A stretch of 12,354 bases of DNA from Candidatus Thorarchaeota archaeon (lineage in GTDB: Archaea; Asgardarchaeota; Thorarchaeia; Thorarchaeales; Thorarchaeaceae). Positions 1 through 7,836 of the stretch are shown here, piece by piece (position 1 is the first letter of the stretch; every line of letters begins with the position of its first letter). The stretch lies in contig SDNP01000050.1 of NCBI GenBank assembly GCA_004524445.1, forward strand, positions 1 to 12,354, read 5' to 3'. A model generated the notes under the pieces. That model saw only the letters and a list, made by a program, of their open reading frames with translations, had not been told where the DNA came from and did no database searches. Both the position numbers and the translations under genes were made by a program.

Positions 1-1842
1 CCATTAATTCCATTGCCTTCCATGATTGTTGCAACAATAATTGAGAGCAATTTCATGTTTATATCTGCCGCATTCATGGGCTTAATGGGCATATCCACAT
101 TGATTCAGGTAATCAGTTCAACCAGATTGAGAAATCAATTATCCTCAAATTACCCACGCATTGGCTGGTTACCAGCAGTACTTGGCATTCTTGTGGCAAT
201 CTACATATTGAGTAGCGTCTTCACGATTGGAAGTCCTGCTTCTATCGCGAATTACGTATTTTATAGTGCTTTCCTAGCATCCTTTTTTGTTATAACATGG
301 CAATTATGGTCGGTTGTATTCACGGATGCTAGCGAAGGATGGAAAGGTTTCTTTGCAGGAATTCTCAATGGATTTGCATTCCCGGCTTTAGCAATTGGGC
401 ACGCAATTAGCCCGATTGTAGTGTATTTGGCCTACATTGCACTCATAGGAGGGCAAGTATTTTCTGCATTGTATTGGTGGAGTCCATTAGCAAATACGAG
501 AGCATATGCAAGAAGTACTGACAAGGGCAAATTCGCCTTTGGATTAACAGGATTCTTGACCTCATTAGTTGGAGCAGTTGCAGTATTTGTAGGTCCACTA
601 CAATCAACGGGTGACGTTCAGGTATGGATTCCCTGGAGCGTATACACAGAAACTGGCTACGTAACTGACCCAACCCTCGTCTGGGGATTCTGTGCATCGC
701 TTCTGTTTTGGGTTATGCTTGGACCTAGATTAGGCAAGAAAGAAATCAAAGCCACGGTCGTTAGTGAGGACATTGTTACAGGAGGGAAGAAATACATCAT
801 GGCGTTTTTCGCCGCTCTTGGTCTAATTGGAGTTTATCTTGCACCAACTCTAGGTTTCGAAATTGAGATGGCAGGTTTTGCCATCCAGGGATTCAACCTC
901 TTCATAATCTGGGCTCCAGCAGCTGTGCTCTTCATGATGGGAGCCATTTATGCAGGAAGAACAGATGTTGTCACGGGACTCCCCCTTGTGCTTGCAGCTA
1001 TCTTCATTCTGGTGCATCCAGTAGTCCTCGCAAATTTCGTAATCATCGCATACATCATCCTGATTGTCACTCAGGCGTTATTGATGATCGAAACGAAGGT
1101 TAGAGGCCTCACCTACTTTCAACAAGGTACACTTTCTGTTATCGCCACACTGGCCTCTTCAGCAATGTTTGTGATGATTATACTTGGCGTGCTCGGAAGT
1201 GGTCCTCCCGCGCTCTGGCCAACTAATTTCTGGTTCAATGTGGAGCTGTTTGCAGGTATACCATTAGCCGTGCAGGCACCAGTTATCCTTGTGTTACCAA
1301 TGCTGGCCTTACTAGTCAGAAATGTGGCTATTGTTGGATATGCACATGGCCGGGGCATTAGCGGTGGAGATGTCCTAAGCGGATTGAGCATGCTCTTTGC
1401 ACTACTTATCCCCATTGTTGCTCAAGCATTCAAGGGTATTACTCACATGGCACTCACTGCTGCTGCAATCATGCTTGCCCTCTACGCAATAAGCTTTGCA
1501 CTGGTTTTGTCAGTCAACCTCAGTCTAGCTGAAAACGTAGAGGACACAGGCAATCCAATAGAGGGAATGTTGATCAGACTGACCACGATAGCAGGAATCG
1601 TATTTGGTGCACTTATCGCGGTTTACGTTCTAGCTACGTTCTCCGGATTTCCAAGTGCTCTTCAAGTATCGGGTGCAATTACCTGGCTAGTGATTCTAGT
1701 TACTGGACTCGAAATTCTCAACTTCATCGGCTGGTTATCAGCAGGAGCAAGATTGGGAATGCTTCGAAGTGGCTTCAAATTTATGAAGCACGAAGATCTA
1801 GTAAAAGAAGCAAGTTTGGCCCGCTCCGGATATGAAGAGTGA
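1..1842 (+). CDS. Large polytopic membrane protein of unknown function, probably 5'-truncated by the window edge
   Basis: The frame is open from base 1 (cca tta att cca TTG...), so the TTG at 13 is probably not the true start. Stop TGA is at 1840-1842. The 609+ aa are dominated by roughly 16-18 hydrophobic segments (by eye) with short charged loops. No transporter or enzyme signature was recognised. Confidence 0.85.
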   Translation, partial: PLIPLPSMIVATIIESNFMFISAAFMGLMGISTLIQVISSTRLRNQLSSNYPRIGWLPAVLGILVAIYILSSVFTIGSPASIANYVFYSAFLASFFVITWQLWSVVFTDASEGWKGFFAGILNGFAFPALAIGHAISPIVVYLAYIALIGGQVFSALYWWSPLANTRAYARSTDKGKFAFGLTGFLTSLVGAVAVFVGPLQSTGDVQVWIPWSVYTETGYVTDPTLVWGFCASLLFWVMLGPRLGKKEIKATVVSEDIVTGGKKYIMAFFAALGLIGVYLAPTLGFEIEMAGFAIQGFNLFIIWAPAAVLFMMGAIYAGRTDVVTGLPLVLAAIFILVHPVVLANFVIIAYIILIVTQALLMIETKVRGLTYFQQGTLSVIATLASSAMFVMIILGVLGSGPPALWPTNFWFNVELFAGIPLAVQAPVILVLPMLALLVRNVAIVGYAHGRGISGGDVLSGLSMLFALLIPIVAQAFKGITHMALTAAAIMLALYAISFALVLSVNLSLAENVEDTGNPIEGMLIRLTTIAGIVFGALIAVYVLATFSGFPSALQVSGAITWLVILVTGLEILNFIGWLSAGARLGMLRSGFKFMKHEDLVKEASLARSGYEE

Positions 1843-1864
1843 TTCTGGGAGTGCTTGACTAACG

Positions 1865-2614
1865 TTGGATGCGGAGGTTCGCGGAAGAACTCGCAAACCT
1901 TCACCATCCAATATTGCTTTTCTCCTGATTCATGGATTCTGTGCAGACATTGATGAAATGGTCAGTCTAGCTGACTTTCTCTATGATAGGAATATCGCTT
2001 CGTTTTCTGTACGTCTGAGTGGTCATGGAACCAAGCCTGAAGATTTAGCAACCAAAACTTGGAAAGATTGGTATACCTCAGCCAAGCAAGGGTTAGATTT
2101 TGTAAAGTCTTGGGACAAGCAGTACACCTTTATTTCTGGTTTATCAATGGGAGCATTGCTCTCTCTGAATCTTAGCATCAATGAAGCAGACCTTGCCGGA
2201 CAGATACTGTTCTCGCCAGCTGTCAAGATTGGGGGGATAGCCTCTAAATTCGTTCCCTTATTGAAGAGAATCATAAAATATCGAGAAGTCGATTTATCAT
2301 ACATTCCAGAGATATATGACCTTCCTAGAACGAAATATGCACGGGAACCACTATCCGCCATACATGAACTCCTCAAACTTGCAGATTATACACGACAGAT
2401 TCTTTCTGAGGTTCATATACCTACACTCATCATCCAAGCTGGCGCGGACAAAACCATAGATCCCTCAAGTGGAGAATATGTTTTGGACAACATTGCCTCA
2501 GAAGACAAACAACTACAAGTAATTGAAGCGGCCGAACATGTCATCACATGTCACCCCACAAGGAAAGATGCATATCACCATGTGGAAAAATTCATCCAAC
2601 GGATTATAAACTAG
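1865..2614 (+). CDS. Alpha/beta-hydrolase, carboxylesterase / monoacylglycerol lipase-like (Est30/bMGL-type)
   Basis: Contains the HGF oxyanion motif (LLIHGF), RLSGHGTKPEDL..TWKDW, the nucleophile elbow GLSMG (2138-2152), and candidate triad Asp (ADKTID) and His (AEHVI). TTG start with GGGAGTG about 11 nt upstream. An in-frame TGA at 1856 limits any extension. Confidence 0.9.
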   Translation: MDAEVRGRTRKPSPSNIAFLLIHGFCADIDEMVSLADFLYDRNIASFSVRLSGHGTKPEDLATKTWKDWYTSAKQGLDFVKSWDKQYTFISGLSMGALLSLNLSINEADLAGQILFSPAVKIGGIASKFVPLLKRIIKYREVDLSYIPEIYDLPRTKYAREPLSAIHELLKLADYTRQILSEVHIPTLIIQAGADKTIDPSSGEYVLDNIASEDKQLQVIEAAEHVITCHPTRKDAYHHVEKFIQRIIN

Positions 2615-2634
2615 CTATTTTCGTTAAAAGATTA

Positions 2635-3348
2635 TCATCGACTCATATCGAGTTCTTTCTTGAGCAAAACCCCGACGCCAGGAAAATCTGTTATGATTCC
2701 ATCAACACCCTGTTTAACTAAGTTCATCATTATATCCTTTTCGTTAACAGTCCAAGGAAATATTTTCAACTCAGCAGAATGAACCTGTCGAGTAAAATTC
2801 TCTGGTATCGTAAAAAAGAGTGGATTGATTGCATCCGCTTTGAGTTCCTTCGCTGTAGCGATAGATGATTTGTCTATTTCATTCAGCAGTAAGGCCGTTC
2901 TCGCATCAACATTGATATTTTTCAATTTTTCAACAACAGATGGAATAAAAGAAGAGAATAGAACAGAATCAAGCATTCCGCGATCATCTACTAACTTAAG
3001 AGCATCATGCTCAATATCGGGTACTTTTATCTCAATATTCAATTTCACTTTGCCCTTTGACCAAGCTAGAACATCAGTAAGCAGAGGTATTCGTTCCCCT
3101 CCACCCACATCCAACTTATATAATTCGGAGTAATCGGAATCACCCACAAATCCTTCGGTGGAGGTGAGCCTTGAAAGCTCGTAATCGTGAATAACCACCA
3201 ACTGTCCATCTTTGGTGTTCTGTAAGTCAAGTTCAATCATATCGACCCCGATTTCCCAGGCTTTCTGAAAGGACAGCATTGTATTCTCGGGAGCAACAGT
3301 GGGAGCTCCTCTATGTCCAATAATCAGAGGTGCAGAAGATAGTAGCAT
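2635..3348 (-). CDS. Glycerophosphodiester phosphodiesterase (GDPD, UgpQ/GlpQ family), cytoplasmic type
   Basis: Hallmark motifs IIGHRG, PENT, IELDLQ.TKDG.LVVIHD, NIEIK, FSSF, WTVN and GVDGIITDFP. No signal peptide is visible. Confidence 0.95.
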   Translation of the reverse strand: MLLSSAPLIIGHRGAPTVAPENTMLSFQKAWEIGVDMIELDLQNTKDGQLVVIHDYELSRLTSTEGFVGDSDYSELYKLDVGGGERIPLLTDVLAWSKGKVKLNIEIKVPDIEHDALKLVDDRGMLDSVLFSSFIPSVVEKLKNINVDARTALLLNEIDKSSIATAKELKADAINPLFFTIPENFTRQVHSAELKIFPWTVNEKDIMMNLVKQGVDGIITDFPGVGVLLKKELDMSR

Positions 3349-3353
3349 TGGAT

Positions 3354-3362
3354 GACCTCCTC
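3354..3362 (-). promoter_or_regulatory. Shine-Dalgarno-like ribosome binding site of the GDPD gene
   Basis: The minus strand reads GAGGAGGTCATCCA-ATG, with GGAGGT 6 nt before the ATG at 3348. Confidence 0.7.
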
Positions 3363-3416
3363 AAAACATTATGAATATCGTTGTCAGGTTTTAGTATGCC
3401 TCACAGCGTATGGATT

Positions 3417-3719
3417 TCATGAGGAACTGCCTTCAGGTGCAATTCCTGTTCCACCGCACCGAGGACAGATAATCTCTTCTCCAGATTCCTCAGCTTTGCC
3501 GGTGCCATTGCAGTAGTAACACATTTCCCGCTCAGAATCAAGTGACTGATCATACCCTTTCACTATTGCACCCCCGATGCCAAGAAGAATAATCCCCACA
3601 AACATTAGAATCAAGGATAATACGTAATATTCTGCAATGGGCAAAATCAGTATGATCGATGCCAAGAAAATTACAGCACCGAGGCCCAGCAGGATTGCCC
3701 CTTTCTCTTTTTTCCTCAT
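3417..3719 (-). CDS. Small two-TM membrane protein with a C-terminal DnaJ-type cysteine-rich zinc finger (2 x CxxCxGxG)
   Basis: The likely start is the ATG at 3719 (MRKKEKG..., 100 aa); the ORF track extends it to a GTG at 3773. Two hydrophobic helices are followed by CYYCNGTG and CPRCGGTG. No J-domain or HPD motif. Confidence 0.85.
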   Translation of the reverse strand: MRKKEKGAILLGLGAVIFLASIILILPIAEYYVLSLILMFVGIILLGIGGAIVKGYDQSLDSEREMCYYCNGTGKAEESGEEIICPRCGGTGIAPEGSSS

Positions 3720-3896
3720 TTTAGTCACCAAAGGTGTTTGTGTATTCAATATCAAGGGAGAGAGATTTGCCACACATCAATATCGGTCTGCAGCAACTCT
3801 CTGCTTTATACCTTATGGCATAACGTCATAGATTGGTCGCTAATAACATCACCCTAAGAGATTAATAGACGAAACAGGCAAGCTATAGTGCACTAG

Positions 3897-4823
3897 GTGG
3901 TTATGAATTTGTCAAGGACAGATCTTTTCTCAAGATATAGCCAGATATACCGTAAATCACGAGCCAAGGAAATAGTGCCGGATGGCCTTTTTGTCCGACA
4001 ATTAGCTGATTTGCCGCGATATGGCATGAATATTGGGATATTTTTCAAAGAAAAAGGTCTAAAAAAGGCTAGGCAAATCTTCATAGGGGAACCGCTGCCA
4101 TTTTCCTTATCTTCAGAAGAAGGATTTTTTGAAGCAGAGGATGACATGTACCTAACAAGGACCATTATCTCCGAGTTTAAACAACTGGACTACCTCAAGA
4201 TATCTATTGCTTCTGGAAGTTTTCTTGAGCAACAACAAGACCGAATTCAGTTCCTTAAGAGGTGCCAAGGAATAGTTGATACGCTGCTTCGGAAAACGAG
4301 AAATATTGTGCATTTTGGCAGCTTCAAACCGCTTCTGTACGCTCGCAAGATTAGGACACTGGACGAGTTTTTGAAGAAAGCAGTAAAACTTGATGATGTG
4401 TCGCGCGAGGCGGCAAGGATACCATTTGATGTTGCAGAGCCGGAATATATACTTCTTAGCGGGAATGATTTGATAGTAATGAAAGATGAGCCCCAAGTCC
4501 ATCAGGGGGTCTATCATTTCGTTGGAGGAATTGGCTACACGTTTGACAAGAAAGTTGGAGCCGTAAATGAGGAACAAATGTTCCGTCCTAATGTGGATTG
4601 GACTTCGGTAGGAATTGATGCCGCTTATGTGGAGGCAAATATTTCTAGGGTTACTGAGGATTTTCAAACCAATATTCATTCACTCATTTTCAGCGATATC
4701 TGGAAGAAGGTCGACAGCAATCCGGTTGCAGTGAATATTGATAAGAATCTGCTAATCAAGCCTGAGCCATCCAGTGACATTTGGGCAGGAGTATTCGAAG
4801 TATATCTTAAGCCGCCTGAATAA
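3897..4823 (+). CDS. Hypothetical soluble protein (about 306-308 aa)
   Basis: A long ORF that fills the gap between neighbours, with globular composition. Start is GTG 3897 or ATG 3903. No motif recognised. Confidence 0.8.
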   Translation: MVMNLSRTDLFSRYSQIYRKSRAKEIVPDGLFVRQLADLPRYGMNIGIFFKEKGLKKARQIFIGEPLPFSLSSEEGFFEAEDDMYLTRTIISEFKQLDYLKISIASGSFLEQQQDRIQFLKRCQGIVDTLLRKTRNIVHFGSFKPLLYARKIRTLDEFLKKAVKLDDVSREAARIPFDVAEPEYILLSGNDLIVMKDEPQVHQGVYHFVGGIGYTFDKKVGAVNEEQMFRPNVDWTSVGIDAAYVEANISRVTEDFQTNIHSLIFSDIWKKVDSNPVAVNIDKNLLIKPEPSSDIWAGVFEVYLKPPE

Positions 4824-4843
4824 TCGTGCAAAGAAGAAGGGCT

Positions 4844-6424
4844 CTACCTGAAGGCATCAACAGCTTGGACAACTGCCCGTAGGGCATATATTCTGAATGT
4901 ATATGTGATGGGAACCGCATCTGTTGACTCTAGAATTGCTTCCAAGTCAGTTAGAAAATCAGATCCAAACAAACCTAGCCCGCTGACCAAATCAATGACA
5001 GTAACTGACTGGGCACCATTTCCTAATGATATGGCGATGTCATCTGCAAGAGCATCTACCTCATGATACGGGTCAATAGGTTCTCGATTAGGGGGGAAAA
5101 ATGGGATGATTTCACCAAGTCTGAGGCTGATAATTCCTGAGCCCTGCAAGTTTGAAAATGCATAACACAAATACTCTCCAACATCGCCTGCCATATAATT
5201 AGAAAACGAGGTTCGAATACACTCTACTTGGCTGTTGGGAAACCTCTCCAAAATCTCCGGAGTGACTCCACAGGCAAGCATTATGGTGCTATCACCATCA
5301 ATTGTGTCATCTAGTACAAAGCTATTTACAATAAGGCCAGGCGATAGATTGTTTCCCTCACACGTCATTTCTAGTTGATGTCCATATAACTCAAGGGACG
5401 ACTGATTGATTGACGTAATACTTGCACTTACTAAGCTTGAGAAACCGTACAAGTCGATTTCGCGAATCTCACTCATGAATAGCGCTTCTTCCTCGGGAGA
5501 GAGTGTCATATCGAAAAGAACAGAGGCCGGATAGGATTCCGTAAGAGTTGAATTTAATACTTCGAGCAAGGCGATAACCATTGATGAGTATCTCTGATAT
5601 AGTCCCAGAATAATTTCATTTGTTCCTAATACGGTAGGATTTCGGGGTACCAAATCGGTCCTATTTGCATCCAAGGTAATCGAATATTCGATGTCATTGC
5701 CGGTCACATTTCCAAGTACAGATCCCAATGTATTCCAAGCATCATTGTTGCCATAATTGACCACAAGCTCCAATCCAAAACCAGTATCCTTCAAATCTTG
5801 AATCAGCTTCGAGTCATCATTGAGAATATTATCTTCATATAATACTTGATTCATATCGAGCGTAAAGTAAACCCCGCCTTCTCCCTCATAGTTCATTGAA
5901 TTTATCGGAGTACTTCCCATCAAATAGACAGATACAGGGAATAGGAAACCTATCAGATTCAGCAGAAGTAGGTATGCTATTGCTCTCTTGCTAATTGACG
6001 AACGGTCAATTTCCAATGTTATTTCGGTTGTCATGATGAGCCAGAAAGAAGAGGTGAAATTGACGAATGAGATGATTATGAACGCAACAGCGAGTGGAGA
6101 TATGACTGCAAAAACTGCACCTGCTATGGCCATTACTGCAATTGATGGGACTTTACTCAGTCCCTTGTAATGTGCGCGAATAATGAGAGAGAGAAACACG
6201 AATAATGGCATAACGTACATTGCTATCGGAAGAGAATCGACTAAGGTGAGCCCTGCGACTTGCAGACGAAATACGATGGAGACCAGCACGTAGCCAATCA
6301 ATATCGTGTCAAGAAGTAAAACAACTAGTATACTATATTTCGATGCAAGGCCAATTCTTCTACTATTCCGAGCAAAATCAGCAAGTGTGGGAAGGAGAGG
6401 CCCATATCTTCTTTCCTTTTTCAT
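4844..6424 (-). CDS. Membrane-anchored protein with about 5 N-terminal TM helices and a large acidic, probably extracellular C-terminal domain
   Basis: Basic N-terminus, hydrophobic segments up to about residue 170, then about 355 D/E-rich residues with several N-x-S/T sequons (NVT, NRT, NST, NQS, NLS). Confidence 0.85.
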   Translation of the reverse strand: MKKERRYGPLLPTLADFARNSRRIGLASKYSILVVLLLDTILIGYVLVSIVFRLQVAGLTLVDSLPIAMYVMPLFVFLSLIIRAHYKGLSKVPSIAVMAIAGAVFAVISPLAVAFIIISFVNFTSSFWLIMTTEITLEIDRSSISKRAIAYLLLLNLIGFLFPVSVYLMGSTPINSMNYEGEGGVYFTLDMNQVLYEDNILNDDSKLIQDLKDTGFGLELVVNYGNNDAWNTLGSVLGNVTGNDIEYSITLDANRTDLVPRNPTVLGTNEIILGLYQRYSSMVIALLEVLNSTLTESYPASVLFDMTLSPEEEALFMSEIREIDLYGFSSLVSASITSINQSSLELYGHQLEMTCEGNNLSPGLIVNSFVLDDTIDGDSTIMLACGVTPEILERFPNSQVECIRTSFSNYMAGDVGEYLCYAFSNLQGSGIISLRLGEIIPFFPPNREPIDPYHEVDALADDIAISLGNGAQSVTVIDLVSGLGLFGSDFLTDLEAILESTDAVPITYTFRIYALRAVVQAVDAFR

Positions 6425-6539
6425 TCTGCAAAGACTCCATCATCTTCTAGCTACCGAGTTTATTCCGAACGTAAAGGGCCTGCACTTATACATATGTTTT
6501 GAGTAGGAACCAACAAAAACAAGTAGGCACATTCTAGAA

Positions 6540-7754
6540 ATGCATAGTATGCGTGATGTAGCTATTGTAGGAGCAGGACCAGCAGGGTCAACATGTGCGA
6601 GATATCTAGCAAGAGCTGGTCATGATGTCATCCTAATCGATAAGGAAGAGTTTCCTCGAGATAAACCGTGTGGCGGCGGCTTCTCATCGGACATCATCGA
6701 TGAATTCTCATATCTCAAAGATAAAACTGATGAATTTCTAGATGGTATATGCAAAGTGGGTATTTTGCACTCGCCAAATCGAAGGATATCATTACATTCT
6801 AGAGTAGAGATGGCAGTGGCGCTCCGAACGAAATTTGATGCGGCACTATTTGATGCCGCTGTTGAAGCTGGAGTCAACACCAGACAAAAGAGCTTTGTGA
6901 AAGGAGTTCAAATCAAGAAAGATAAGGTGACTATTCATCTATCTAGCGGCGATCAGATTGATTGCAAAGCAATTGTTGGAGCAGATGGAGTCAACAGCAT
7001 TGTTGCAAGAAAAACAGGTCTCAATAAGATGTGGTCGACCAAAGATGTGACTCCCTGTAGGGTTTCAGAGATTCCAGTTGAACAGAAAGAGATAGACGAG
7101 ATGTATTCAAAGGAGAGAAGATATCACTTCTTTGCAAATTTCAATAATCTGCCTGGATATGGTTGGATATTTCCAAAGCTCAAAACTGTTAATGTTGGGA
7201 TTGGGGTGATGGGTCCGAAGGCTACAGGCCTCCCAATGCTTTTCCAAAGATTCATTGGATTCCTAGAGTACAAGGGACTATTACCTCTGAATTCGGATAT
7301 CTCTGCTGCAAAGGGAGCTATAGTACCCACTGGTGGCACAATTGATAGGACTTCGTGTGAAAGATGCATTCTGATGGGTGATGCTGCAGGCATGGTAAAT
7401 CCTCTGACAGGCGGGGGGATTGGATACGCAATGCAAGCTGGTAGAATTGGAGCAAAGGTTTTATCGAAGCACCTTCAAGAAGATAATCTCAGTAAGGATG
7501 CTCTGAAGATCTATGATGAGTTATGGAGAGCAGAGTTCGGACATGAGATCGGTCCTCTAAAACTGGTGCAGCGCTTGTTTACCAGTTCATTTACATCAGC
7601 CTTGTTTGAAATAGGATCCAGAGATGATGAGCTTCAGAAAATGGTCGCATCTGTTATGACTGAAATGGATGAATCCAAGCCCAGTACTTCTAGTATTGCC
7701 GCTAGAGCCCTATTAGTATGTATACGGGAGGCATTTCATCTCAGGAAATCTTGA
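6540..7754 (+). CDS. Geranylgeranyl reductase family FAD-dependent oxidoreductase (digeranylgeranylglycerophospholipid reductase-like)
   Basis: Motifs DVAIVGAGPAG (FAD-binding), PRDKPCGGG, R.KFDA.L, IVGADG..S, PGYGWIFPK and LMGDAAG.VNPLTGGGI. The start may be the second Met (MRDVAIV). The substrate cannot be determined from sequence. Confidence 0.92.
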   Translation: MHSMRDVAIVGAGPAGSTCARYLARAGHDVILIDKEEFPRDKPCGGGFSSDIIDEFSYLKDKTDEFLDGICKVGILHSPNRRISLHSRVEMAVALRTKFDAALFDAAVEAGVNTRQKSFVKGVQIKKDKVTIHLSSGDQIDCKAIVGADGVNSIVARKTGLNKMWSTKDVTPCRVSEIPVEQKEIDEMYSKERRYHFFANFNNLPGYGWIFPKLKTVNVGIGVMGPKATGLPMLFQRFIGFLEYKGLLPLNSDISAAKGAIVPTGGTIDRTSCERCILMGDAAGMVNPLTGGGIGYAMQAGRIGAKVLSKHLQEDNLSKDALKIYDELWRAEFGHEIGPLKLVQRLFTSSFTSALFEIGSRDDELQKMVASVMTEMDESKPSTSSIAARALLVCIREAFHLRKS

Positions 7755-7836
7755 TATTCTTGCCATCAAATTTCAACGCAAAGAATAAATTGGAGCAAAA
7801 TACTGTTACGCAGTATGAGCTGATATACGCAAGGCT

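Noticed and set aside
3814-3895. Short palindromes TTATG-G-CATAA and TAGTGCACTA in the divergent promoter region
   Set aside because: Five-bp arms are expected many times by chance in 12 kb, and there is no supporting repeat.
4350-4560. Faint resemblance of the PEYILLSGNDLIVMKD region to HK97 capsid or encapsulin segments
   Set aside because: The similarity is too short and generic, and there is no viral or cargo gene context.
4680-4846. Open frame continuing past the TAG stop of the 526-aa gene (possible pyrrolysine readthrough)
   Set aside because: The continuation is simply antisense to the convergent 308-aa gene, and there is no independent sign of recoding.
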